Positions 29,796 to 38,883 of a stretch of DNA of 64,000 bases are shown here, in pieces (the stretch's first letter is position 1; each line of letters starts with the position of its first letter). The translations under genes were made by a program, and so were the position numbers. Origin of the DNA: a virus (taxonomy: Duplodnaviria > Caudoviricetes); IMG/VR virus record IMGVR_UViG_3300031993_000033, positions 32,001 through 96,000 of that record. One strand, 5' to 3'. Below the pieces are notes generated by a model that was given only the letters and a program-made list of their open reading frames with translations, had not been told where the DNA came from and made no database searches.

Positions 29796-32700
29796 ATGAT
29801 GATTATGCGAAAGTATGTTAATTACCACAAACACGATCATATTTCCTCTTTTCTCACCCCCGACACTCATATAAAGGCAGAAGAATATGTTAAACGTGCA
29901 GTAGAGTTGGGCGATACAATGTATTTCACAACTAATCACGGCACAGGCGGTGATATATTTGAGGCAAAAACCTTGTGCGATAAGTATGGTCTGCGCTGTA
30001 TGTTTGGCATTGAGGGCTATATAGTCGCCAATCCTTTAGAAAAGGACAAATCTAATTACCACATTATCATCATACCGCGCACCGATGTGGCTCGTAAGAA
30101 AGTCAATTATGTTAGCTCTCATGCTCATATTGACGGTTATTATTACAAGCCCCGTATCTTCATTGATGATTTACTGGCATTGGATAAGGACGACATATAT
30201 CTGTCTACAGCCTGTGTCGCCGGTCTTTTAAAGACTGATGATGCTATTGAGAACATATTTCAGCCGTTAGTACGGCACTTTGGTGAGAATATGTTTGTTG
30301 AAGTACAGGCTCATAATGTAGAAGTGCAGAAACAGCATAATATCAAATGTCTTGAAATAGCACAGCAGTACGGGTTAAAACTTATCGCCGCCACAGATAG
30401 CCACTATATTTATCCAGAGCAAGCGATTGAACGTAAGGCTTACTTAGAGGGCAAAGGGCTTAATTATGGCGACGAAGATGAGTTCTTGCTTGACTATCCT
30501 GACGGCAACACTCTCTATCAAAGATTTATAGATCAAGGTGTTTTGTCACCACGACAGATAGACGAAGCTATGAACAGCACTTTTGTCTTTGAGAGTTGTG
30601 AGGATATTCAGCTTGACAAAGAGATTAAAATGCCTACGATATATTCAAATCTTACACCACAAGAGCGAGTTGATGAACTGCGCAAACACGTTTACAAAGC
30701 GTGTGAAAAGACTTGCATAGAAGAAAATATATCCGAAGCCGATAAGCCAAAATATATTGCCGAGATAGAGGATGAGTTAAAAACTGTTGCTGATACAATC
30801 TCTATCAACACGGCAGACTACTTCTTATTTAATGAGAAGAATACAGACCTTGCGGTTAATAAGTACGGTGGTATTCTTACAAGAACAGGCAGAGGCTCAT
30901 GTGGAGCTTATTATTTAAACAAGCTTTTAGGTATGACACAGATTGATATGCTCAAATCACCTGTTAAATTGTACGCGAGCCGCTTCATGTCAACTGCGAG
31001 GCTGTTGGAGAACAGAGCACTCCCAGACATAGATTTTAACGTAGTATCGCAAGAACCGTTTCAGAAAGCCTCTAAAGAGCTACTTGGCGAACACGGTTGT
31101 TATCCTATGATAGCTTACGGCACAATGCAAGAGGGTGAAGCCTTTAGAAATGTTTGCCGATCCCACGGTTTGGCTTTTGATGAGTTCAATGATGTTGCTA
31201 AAAATATTGAGAAGTATGCCGATAACAATAAGTGGAAACCGATAATCGAGGAAAGTAAGCGATATGTAGGTGCGATAGTATCTGCTTCGGTTCACCCTTG
31301 CGCTCATATTCTCGATAACAAAGACTTGCGTTATGAGTATGGTGTCGTAAGAGTAGGTGACAATTTATGTGTTATGATAACATCGTCCGAAGCAGACGAA
31401 TACAAAATTTTGAAAAATGACTACTTGATTGTTTCTGTTTGGAAGTTAATCTCTGAAACCTTTGAGATGATAGGTATGCCTATTATGAGCATACAGCAGC
31501 TCAATGAAGCTCTTGACGATAAGACATTTGAGCTTTTTAAAAAAGGACTGACCGCTACACTTAATCAAGTCGATGGAGATTGGGCAACTTCACTAATGAA
31601 ACAATATCAAGCAACTAACGTGAGAGAGTGTGCAATGTTCACAGCGGCTCTTAGACCGTCATTTGAATCGTGGCGTGATATGTTCATATCAAGAACCAAG
31701 TATGACACGGGCTGTCCACAGTTTGATGAAGTCTTAAAAGAGACTGGCTCGTTCATACTTTTCCAAGAAAACCTTATGCAATACTTTGAATGGCTCGGTG
31801 TATCACCTGCCGAATCAATAGGGCTTATAAAGAAAATCAGCAAGAAGAAAATAAAGCCCGAAGATTTTAGCAAGTTGGAGGATAGGTTGCACGAGAATTG
31901 GATTAAACAGGTCGGCAATGATGATAAGTTCCAAGATATATGGAATCTCGTACAAAGCTGTATGTCATACGGATTTGCCGCGCCTCATGCGGTAGCCACA
32001 GCCTACGATATGTTGTATGGCGCATATCTCAAATCTCATTATCCATTAGAATATTATACGGTTTGCTTTAATAATTACGGCTCGGACGAAGATAAGACAG
32101 CTTCTCTTACAGGCGAATTGCCGAGTTTCGGTATCATCTTATCTCCTATCAAGTTCCGTCATTCCTCAGACCGCTACACCTGTGACAAGTCCACCAACAC
32201 GATCTACAAGTCCGTCAGCTCGGTCAAGTTCCTTAACTCAGCCGTGGCGACTGCGCTCTACGATATGCGAGATCAGCAATTCAGTTCTTTCCTCGACTTT
32301 CTCCGCGTGAACCCTTGCAACACCCGTCAGACTGAAATCCTTATCCGGTTGGACTTCTTCAGCGAATTTGGCGGCAGCGCAAAGCTCCTTGCAATATTCG
32401 ACCTATTCCAAAAGCTGTTCAAACGTGACGGTGGCGAATGGGTAAGCAAGTCGCAGATTAAAAAGACTGCGATAGAACGGTTCACCATAGAGCAACTTAA
32501 CCGACTGGCGACCAAAGAGACAGCAAGCGCGTATCAGTTTGCCGACTTCGGCGTTCTCATAGAGGACTACGCGGCAAGTCTGCCGAATACGGATATACCC
32601 GCCGTGGAGAAGATAGAAGCCCAGCTTGAATACTTGGGCTACATCGCGGCAAGTGGCAAGGAGAGTGAGCGTAGAGTTGGCTACGTCCGCACGGTCTATC

Positions 32701-32915
32701 CCTGCAAGCGCAAGTCTGACGGCAAGCTCTGGGCATACAAAGTCTCAGCGACTTTCCTCGGCAAAGGCAAGGATAGCGACCTCACGGTGATGAAAGCTGT
32801 GTACGAGAAGTGCAAGCTGCAAAAGGGCGACATATTCTACGCGGAGCAAGTCTCAGCACGAGAGTACAACGGCAGAAAATATTGGTATCTAAATTCTTAT
32901 AGAAAGTCTAAATAA
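29796..32915 (+). CDS. dnaE: DNA polymerase III alpha subunit (family C)
   Basis: PHP motifs HKH, TNHG, DSHY; GRGS; PDIDF; FQE; YGFAAPHA; YLKSHYPLEYY. Confidence 0.93.
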   Translation: MMIMRKYVNYHKHDHISSFLTPDTHIKAEEYVKRAVELGDTMYFTTNHGTGGDIFEAKTLCDKYGLRCMFGIEGYIVANPLEKDKSNYHIIIIPRTDVARKKVNYVSSHAHIDGYYYKPRIFIDDLLALDKDDIYLSTACVAGLLKTDDAIENIFQPLVRHFGENMFVEVQAHNVEVQKQHNIKCLEIAQQYGLKLIAATDSHYIYPEQAIERKAYLEGKGLNYGDEDEFLLDYPDGNTLYQRFIDQGVLSPRQIDEAMNSTFVFESCEDIQLDKEIKMPTIYSNLTPQERVDELRKHVYKACEKTCIEENISEADKPKYIAEIEDELKTVADTISINTADYFLFNEKNTDLAVNKYGGILTRTGRGSCGAYYLNKLLGMTQIDMLKSPVKLYASRFMSTARLLENRALPDIDFNVVSQEPFQKASKELLGEHGCYPMIAYGTMQEGEAFRNVCRSHGLAFDEFNDVAKNIEKYADNNKWKPIIEESKRYVGAIVSASVHPCAHILDNKDLRYEYGVVRVGDNLCVMITSSEADEYKILKNDYLIVSVWKLISETFEMIGMPIMSIQQLNEALDDKTFELFKKGLTATLNQVDGDWATSLMKQYQATNVRECAMFTAALRPSFESWRDMFISRTKYDTGCPQFDEVLKETGSFILFQENLMQYFEWLGVSPAESIGLIKKISKKKIKPEDFSKLEDRLHENWIKQVGNDDKFQDIWNLVQSCMSYGFAAPHAVATAYDMLYGAYLKSHYPLEYYTVCFNNYGSDEDKTASLTGELPSFGIILSPIKFRHSSDRYTCDKSTNTIYKSVSSVKFLNSAVATALYDMRDQQFSSFLDFLRVNPCNTRQTEILIRLDFFSEFGGSAKLLAIFDLFQKLFKRDGGEWVSKSQIKKTAIERFTIEQLNRLATKETASAYQFADFGVLIEDYAASLPNTDIPAVEKIEAQLEYLGYIAASGKESERRVGYVRTVYPCKRKSDGKLWAYKVSATFLGKGKDSDLTVMKAVYEKCKLQKGDIFYAEQVSAREYNGRKYWYLNSYRKSK

Positions 32916-32919
32916 GGTA

Positions 32920-32948
32920 TTGACATTCTAATATTTATGTGTTATAAT
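32920..32948 (+). promoter_or_regulatory. sigma-A-type promoter
   Basis: TTGACA-N17-TATAAT with TG extension. Confidence 0.8.
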
Positions 32949-33019
32949 AGTAATCAGAGGGTAAGGCAACTCGCCCTCTGGTATTTTTTTACATTTTAAA
33001 GTCTAAAAGGAGTGTTAAT

Positions 33020-33844
33020 ATGGAGTTTAAAGTTGGAGACAGAGTGCGTTATGTAGTTCAAAGAGACATTGATAATGTCGAAGTTGGTGAAGTAGGCATT
33101 ATTCGTGGCATTTCTTCAGGTGGTGATTATGCAGTTGATTTTGAAGAAAGTGGTTATAAACATAGCTGCGGTGGTCTTTGCCAAAATAATCATGGTTGGT
33201 GGTGTAGGGGAGATACGCTTGAACCAGTAGCTATTAGATCCGTGTTATTCCCGAATGTGGAGTATGTGTTTAATGAAAAACAAGCCGAAGAATATGCAGA
33301 GAGATTAAATAAAGAGTTAGCAGAACATTTTAACGCATTTTCAAACGACGGTATATCGGCAAAAAATGGAGGTAAAAATTCAATGAAATTTACATTTTAT
33401 GTAACAGAAGGAACGAGAGTGGATAAGAGTTGCAACGGCACTATCCCGACAATGACAACAAATATTGAGTTGCTTAGTGGCAATGTTTTTGATAAGGTCA
33501 CTACCGTTAAGGGTTCTGCAACTTGTGATAAGGCAGATTATGATGAAAGACAGGGTGTTCTTGAAGCTCTTGCGAATGCAATTTGTGGAGGTAATTTTTA
33601 CAAAGCATACGCCGAAGCTGTCAAATTGAATAGATGTGAAGATGAATTATCACGCACTTGTATCTACTGTGGCAAGGTTCTTAATACAGTAGAAGAAAAA
33701 CAGGAACACGAAGCATGGCACGTTGAGCGTCGTAAGGCAAGACACGAGCGTTATCTTCTCCGCAAGAGAGCTAAAGAAATTGCCTTTGAAGAAGCAGCTC
33801 AGAAGCTTGCAAAAGAGATAATCGCAGAGGATAACAAGAAGTGA
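33020..33844 (+). CDS. hypothetical protein (SH3-like N-terminus; possible second start at 33383)
   Basis: FKVGDRVR..G.VG...V.F pattern; internal GGAGG + ATG. Confidence 0.7.
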   Translation: MEFKVGDRVRYVVQRDIDNVEVGEVGIIRGISSGGDYAVDFEESGYKHSCGGLCQNNHGWWCRGDTLEPVAIRSVLFPNVEYVFNEKQAEEYAERLNKELAEHFNAFSNDGISAKNGGKNSMKFTFYVTEGTRVDKSCNGTIPTMTTNIELLSGNVFDKVTTVKGSATCDKADYDERQGVLEALANAICGGNFYKAYAEAVKLNRCEDELSRTCIYCGKVLNTVEEKQEHEAWHVERRKARHERYLLRKRAKEIAFEEAAQKLAKEIIAEDNKK

Positions 33845-34149
33845 TAGTCTTAATATTTTCAATTCTCGGCAGCGTATTCAGCTTGGGCGGTAATGTACTT
33901 ATCGCCCATAAGAAACGCTCTGGCTGGTGGATATGGATATTAGGGAACATAGCGTGGTTGGGAGTAAACTTTCTCGGCACTATGAATATTCCTATGGTAG
34001 TAATGTATATATTCTATCTTATCACAAATATTGCAGGGTATATTGAATGGGGTAGGAAGTCCGATCTACACAAAGCCATTGATGAATGCAACGAGAAATT
34101 AAAGAATAAACCTAAGTTTGACTTTTCTGATGTAAAGACAAGACATTAA
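33841..34149 (+). CDS. PnuC-like small membrane protein
   Basis: Three TM segments, GW.IW..GN..W pattern, G...W at the end. Confidence 0.55.
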   Translation: MIVLIFSILGSVFSLGGNVLIAHKKRSGWWIWILGNIAWLGVNFLGTMNIPMVVMYIFYLITNIAGYIEWGRKSDLHKAIDECNEKLKNKPKFDFSDVKTRH

Positions 34150-34358
34150 AGTTTGATTTTATTCGACTTGTAAGGCGTTATCTCAATGCTTAAATCGTCT
34201 GCCACCTTGTATTTATACAGCTTGTGAAGTTCACCATCGGCTGTAAATCCGCAGACGAAGTGGTTTTCAAGCCAATACTTGCCTTCCTCTATCAGCAGAG
34301 GATAACCTAAATCGCTCCACATTTGAATCATCTCTTTGAAGATGGGTTGCATTATCAT
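34146..34358 (-). CDS. 5' part (SD plus 70 codons) of the PAPS-reductase-like gene, currently inverted
   Basis: Lone - strand ORF with AAAGGAG SD in a + operon; inversion at the flanking repeats fuses it in frame to 34418-35485. Confidence 0.8.
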   Translation of the reverse strand: MIMQPIFKEMIQMWSDLGYPLLIEEGKYWLENHFVCGFTADGELHKLYKYKVADDLSIEITPYKSNKIKL

Positions 34359-34418
34359 TCTCCTTTCACTGGGAAATGCCTATTCTACGTTGCTAAATTG
34401 GCAATAAAATCAAACTTT
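34148..34418. other. invertible DNA segment bounded by perfect 16-bp inverted repeats
   Basis: AAAGTTTGATTTTATT (34148-34163) / AATAAAATCAAACTTT (34403-34418). Confidence 0.8.
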
Positions 34419-34492
34419 CGCAACAATTTGAGACTTGGCAGCAGACCATAGCAAGGCTCAGTGGGGAACTTGATGACAGAATTGCAGACTCA

Positions 34493-35485
34493 ATGAGCGT
34501 TATCAACAAGGCGATACAGGACTATCCGAATCACAAGAAAGTAGTATTTACATCTACAGGTAAAGACAGCATGGTAACTCTTGATTTGGTAACTCGTGTT
34601 TTACCTGATGTGGGTGTTCACTTCAATAACACTACTCTTGATACAGGCGATACCTATAAAATGGTAAAAGCTCATAAAGACTGGACAATTATCAATCCCG
34701 ACATTGGGTTCTACAAATACATCTTCAAAGAGCATTTCATTCCCACAAGATTCAGCCGTGGTTGCTGTACAGTATTCAAGGAAGGTAAGAGCATAGAATA
34801 CTTTGATAGTGAACCACAGATGCTTTTCTTTATGGGCGTGAGAAATGACGAATCAGCGCAGAGAGCAGACCGACAGGATATATCGCACAATCCAAAGTGG
34901 GGAGATCGTGATTGGTTTAGTTGCTTGCCTATAAGAAAGTGGAGTGAGCTTGACATATGGCTCTATATTCTTAAAAACGGCATTGAAATAAATCCTAAAT
35001 ACCGTAAGGGATATAGTAGAGTTGGGTGTTCAGTGGCTTGCCCGTATTACACCAAGTACACTTGGGTATTAGATAAGTATTGGTATCGCATGGCGTATGA
35101 CCGATGGCGCAGCATCCTGCGCAAAGTCTTTGCGCAGGAGAATCGCTGGACTAAGCTGAATTGCACTATAGACGAATATGTAAACGGAGCTTGGAATGGT
35201 GGTTTACTTAGACCAGAACCAACAGAAGAAGTTGTGACAGAGTTTATGGAGCACAAAGGACTTGACAACTATGATACGGCTTTGCAATACTTCAACAAGA
35301 CTTGCGAAGTGTGCGGTAGGAACGTAAGACAGAATGATGTGCTTGCAATGAATCTGAAACTTCTCGGCAGAGGAACAAGCAAGATTTACTGCAAGAAGCA
35401 TCTGAAAGAACTTTGTTGCTTAGATAATGAGGCATGGGATAATGCAGTAGCAGACTTTAAGAGGCAAGGCTGTGCTTTGTTTTAA
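34493..35485 (+). CDS. PAPS-reductase family protein (3' part), C-terminal Zn finger
   Basis: STGKDS PP-loop, RGCC..FK, GVR.DES..R, PIRKWS..DIW.YI, Y.KGYSRVGC..CP; no SD at 34493. Confidence 0.85.
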   Translation: MSVINKAIQDYPNHKKVVFTSTGKDSMVTLDLVTRVLPDVGVHFNNTTLDTGDTYKMVKAHKDWTIINPDIGFYKYIFKEHFIPTRFSRGCCTVFKEGKSIEYFDSEPQMLFFMGVRNDESAQRADRQDISHNPKWGDRDWFSCLPIRKWSELDIWLYILKNGIEINPKYRKGYSRVGCSVACPYYTKYTWVLDKYWYRMAYDRWRSILRKVFAQENRWTKLNCTIDEYVNGAWNGGLLRPEPTEEVVTEFMEHKGLDNYDTALQYFNKTCEVCGRNVRQNDVLAMNLKLLGRGTSKIYCKKHLKELCCLDNEAWDNAVADFKRQGCALF

Positions 35486-35553
35486 ATTTACAAGACAACA
35501 AATTAGCGGTAATGATTAACCAAATAAAAGTTGAGTTTTAAGGAGGAATAATA

Positions 35554-36690
35554 GTGAGTATTAAAGGCTACAAAGTGTTCAACCCTGACTGGACTTGCAG
35601 AGGTTTTCAGTACGAGGTTGGCAAAACTTTCAAGCACGATGGCAATATTGAGATGTGTGGTGCAGGATTTCACTTCTGCCGGAAGGTCTCAGATTGCTTC
35701 AATTATTACGGCTTTAACAGCAACAATAAGGTTGCAGAAGTCGAAGCTATCGGTAATGTTGAGACTAAAGGCGATAAATCCGTCACAGATGAAATCGTAA
35801 TTTTAAGGGAGCTTACTTGGCACGAGGTTCTTGATTTAGCCAATACAGGAAAGGACTGTACGGGCAATCGCAACAGCGGTAATCGCAACAGCGGTAATTG
35901 CAACAGCGGTAATCGCAACAGCGGTGATTACAACAGCGGTAATTGCAACAGCGGTAATCGCAACAGCGGTGATTACAACAGCGGTAATTGCAACAGCGGT
36001 GATTACAACAGCGGTGATTACAACAGCGGTAATTGCAACAGCGGTAATCGCAACAGCGGTGATTACAACAGCGGTAATTGCAACAGCGGTAATTGCAACA
36101 GCGGTGATTACAACAGCGGTAATTGCAACAGCGGTAATTGCAACAGCGGTGATTACAACAGCGGTGATTACAACAGCGGTAATCGCAACAGCGGTGATTA
36201 CAACAGCGGTAATTGCAACAGCGGTGATTACAACAGCGGTGATTACAACAGCGGTAATTGGAACAGCGGCAATCGCAACAGCGGTGATTACAACAGCGGT
36301 AATTGCAACAGCGGCAATTGGAACAGCGGTGATTGGAACAGCGGTGATTTCTCTACTGGCTTTTTTAATTCAATTGAGCAACCGTTATGCGCTTTCAACA
36401 AGCCATTAGATATTGACAGAAATGCTTTTAATAGCAACTTAGCTGTAAGAGCTATGGATTGGAAGTATGAGAACGACTGGTGGATTTACAGTGAGAATAT
36501 GACGGCGGAAGAAAAAGAAGCACATCCTGAACACGAAACAACTGGCGGTTATCTCAAATCGGTTGATTTCAAAACAGCTTGTGGTATTATGTGGGATAAT
36601 ATGACAGAAGATGAAAGAGTTGCAGTCAAGGATATTCCTAATTTTGATGCAAGTGTGTTTGAAGAAATTACTGGCATCAAGGTTGTTTGA
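35554..36690 (+). CDS. pentapeptide-repeat protein
   Basis: KGYKVF..DWTCRGFQY..GFHFC domain followed by 32 G(N/D)xNS repeats. Confidence 0.85.
   Translation: MSIKGYKVFNPDWTCRGFQYEVGKTFKHDGNIEMCGAGFHFCRKVSDCFNYYGFNSNNKVAEVEAIGNVETKGDKSVTDEIVILRELTWHEVLDLANTGKDCTGNRNSGNRNSGNCNSGNRNSGDYNSGNCNSGNRNSGDYNSGNCNSGDYNSGDYNSGNCNSGNRNSGDYNSGNCNSGNCNSGDYNSGNCNSGNCNSGDYNSGDYNSGNRNSGDYNSGNCNSGDYNSGDYNSGNWNSGNRNSGDYNSGNCNSGNWNSGDWNSGDFSTGFFNSIEQPLCAFNKPLDIDRNAFNSNLAVRAMDWKYENDWWIYSENMTAEEKEAHPEHETTGGYLKSVDFKTACGIMWDNMTEDERVAVKDIPNFDASVFEEITGIKVV
35863..36342 (+). repeat. 15-bp coding tandem repeat, 32 units
   Basis: GG(T/C)(A/G)AT(CGC/TGC/TAC/TGG)AACAGC units. Confidence 0.95.
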
Positions 36691-36718
36691 AAGACGAATT
36701 TCAAACAGTTAGGAGGAA

Positions 36719-36991
36719 ATGAAAATGGCTGAATATCATGTTGGTATAGGCTTTGCGGGTACTATATACGCTGGAACACTCACCAAGGATAAAAAGCGTT
36801 GGATAAATAAATCTGATGTTACCGATGAAGTTGTTGCCGCTTTTTATGCATGGTTGCAAGAGCAGTATGAAGAAGCCGCAGAAGAAACAGAACTTGAAAG
36901 TGGTCAGAGCTTAGAGAGAACTATTAGTTATCCTAACTCAGAATATGAGATAGTTTTTAGGAAGAAAAGGGACGGTGAACAGAATGACTGA
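36719..36991 (+). CDS. hypothetical protein
   Basis: AGGAGG SD; IYAGTL....W..KSDVT. Confidence 0.7.
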   Translation: MKMAEYHVGIGFAGTIYAGTLTKDKKRWINKSDVTDEVVAAFYAWLQEQYEEAAEETELESGQSLERTISYPNSEYEIVFRKKRDGEQND

Positions 36992-37169
36992 TGAAGAAAC
37001 AAAACTAATGGAGAGCATAGTTGATAAGCTGATAGCGGATAAGAAAGACCGCTCAGCACACAGTTATAACGACTATACCGATGATTCGGAAAGGCTAATA
37101 ATATTAACTATTGCAGAAATCAGATTTTTGTATAGCCATTTTACCGATGAAGATATTGACGAGTATTGA
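36984..37169 (+). CDS. hypothetical protein
   Basis: Coupled ORF. Confidence 0.6.
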   Translation: MTDEETKLMESIVDKLIADKKDRSAHSYNDYTDDSERLIILTIAEIRFLYSHFTDEDIDEY

Positions 37170-37196
37170 ACGAATGAAACGTGTCTTTTATGTGAG

Positions 37197-37412
37197 GTGA
37201 AAAAGATGAGAGATATGTGGTATATAGGTTCTCCACCGCCTGAACGTGAACATTATCTTGTTACAGATGACAGTGGCGAAATACAAATTGGGTATTGGAC
37301 TAATTATTCTCCTATTCTCGGAGATGAGTCTGATGTATATCGTTGGGTAGGATTAAAACAATATACTCACGTTGTAGCATGGCGTTTCCTTCCAGAACCA
37401 TACAAAACTTGA
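37197..37412 (+). CDS. DUF551-like protein
   Basis: YLVT...VVAW..LPEPY. Confidence 0.7.
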   Translation: MKKMRDMWYIGSPPPEREHYLVTDDSGEIQIGYWTNYSPILGDESDVYRWVGLKQYTHVVAWRFLPEPYKT

Positions 37413-37449
37413 AATATGCCTTTTATTAGATTAGAGAGGAGAGATTAAA

Positions 37450-37995
37450 ATGCCTTTAAATGTTGGGTATTTAACTTGTGACCGCACGGCGGCAGGAGAT
37501 GAAGTATACACTCCCTACTATGCGGTTGATCCTCTGCTTGAGTTTATCCCAAAAGATAAGACGATTTGGTGTCCGTTTGACGAGGAATGGTCGGCGTTCT
37601 ACCAGACATTCAAGCGGGGGGGGTATGACGTAGTTAGAAGTTCTCTTGCTGAAGGTCAAGACTTCTTCAATTATGAACCTGAGAAGTGGGACATAATGAT
37701 AAGCAATCCGCCTTTTAGTAAAAAGGACGATGTGTTGCAGAGAGCTTTTGAACTCGGTAAACCTTTTGCAATCCTTCTGCCTTGCAATAGTATACAGGGC
37801 AAGAAGCGGTTTAAAATATTTCAAAACGAGATTCAGATGTTGTGCTTTGATGCAAGAATAGATTATCACACTAATGGCAATATGACTACATACACTAAGG
37901 GCAACCACTTTGGATCGGCATATTTTTGCAGAGACTTCCTTCCGAGCAAATTGGAGATGCGAGAGCTGCACAAATATGAAAAATCACTAACGTAA
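37450..37995 (+). CDS. small adenine methyltransferase-like protein
   Basis: DEVYTP, IWCPFD, GQDFF, ISNPPFS; in-frame G8 at 37616-37623. Confidence 0.8.
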   Translation: MPLNVGYLTCDRTAAGDEVYTPYYAVDPLLEFIPKDKTIWCPFDEEWSAFYQTFKRGGYDVVRSSLAEGQDFFNYEPEKWDIMISNPPFSKKDDVLQRAFELGKPFAILLPCNSIQGKKRFKIFQNEIQMLCFDARIDYHTNGNMTTYTKGNHFGSAYFCRDFLPSKLEMRELHKYEKSLT

Positions 37996-38058
37996 AATAG
38001 CCAAAAACAGGCTATAAAAACTGGATAAAATAAATCTTTTATGCGAAAGGAAGATGTA

Positions 38059-38796
38059 ATGAGTAATATACAGTTATTTCAAGGCGACTGCTTTGAGCAT
38101 CTCAAAGATTTGCCCGACAACAGCGTAGATTTAATCCTTTGTGACCTCCCCTATAAGGAGACAGGCAATAAATGGGATAGGTCATTCGATTTAGAAAGAG
38201 TGTGCCACGAGTTTGAACGTCTGATTAGAGAGGACGGTTGTATTGCTCTTACAGGCACGTTCAGGTTTGGAGTACAGTTGTTCAATCTTATGCCACACCT
38301 CTACAAATATGATTGGGTATGGGAGAAAGACAATGGAACAAATGCTCCTAATGTGAATCTTCAACCATTCAGAATACACGAGTTCGTGTTCATCTTTGGC
38401 AAGGGCAGAGTAACAAATGGCACAAGAACACCTATGAAGTATTTTCCTCAAAAGACAGATGGTACACCGTATTGCCAGAAGTCGGGCAGAATGAGCGACA
38501 ACTGGAAAGGCGGTTTAGGAACTATTGTAACAGACAATAAGGACGGCAAGCGTCACCCTAAGACAATACAGAAGTTCACAAGAGATAAAGGCGGATTTCA
38601 CCCCACACAGAAGCCAGTAGCCTTACTTGAATATCTTATTAAAACTTACACAAGAGAAGGTGACTTGGTTTTGGATTGCGTTATGGGAAGTGGTTCAACT
38701 GGTGTGGCGGCTAAAAGTCTTAACAGAGACTTCATCGGTATGGAGCTTAATGAAAAATATTTTGAGATTGCAAAAAACAGAATCGAAGCAGTCTGA
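38059..38796 (+). CDS. N4-C/N6-A DNA methyltransferase (beta class)
   Basis: GDC, DLILCDLPY, HPTQKPV.LL, VLDC.MGSGSTG. Confidence 0.9.
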   Translation: MSNIQLFQGDCFEHLKDLPDNSVDLILCDLPYKETGNKWDRSFDLERVCHEFERLIREDGCIALTGTFRFGVQLFNLMPHLYKYDWVWEKDNGTNAPNVNLQPFRIHEFVFIFGKGRVTNGTRTPMKYFPQKTDGTPYCQKSGRMSDNWKGGLGTIVTDNKDGKRHPKTIQKFTRDKGGFHPTQKPVALLEYLIKTYTREGDLVLDCVMGSGSTGVAAKSLNRDFIGMELNEKYFEIAKNRIEAV

Positions 38797-38883
38797 ATTT
38801 GCCTATTCTACGTAGGTCAAAACTGAATAAAACGGTTCTTTTATGTGATTGCAAAATAATAAATTAGTGATAAGGAGAGAAAA

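Noticed and set aside
35863-36342. Possible CRISPR array
   Set aside because: Contiguous 15-bp units with no unique spacers, in frame within a protein
35924-36409. 161-aa ITTAV/IATAV ORF
   Set aside because: Alternative frame of the coding repeat; no SD
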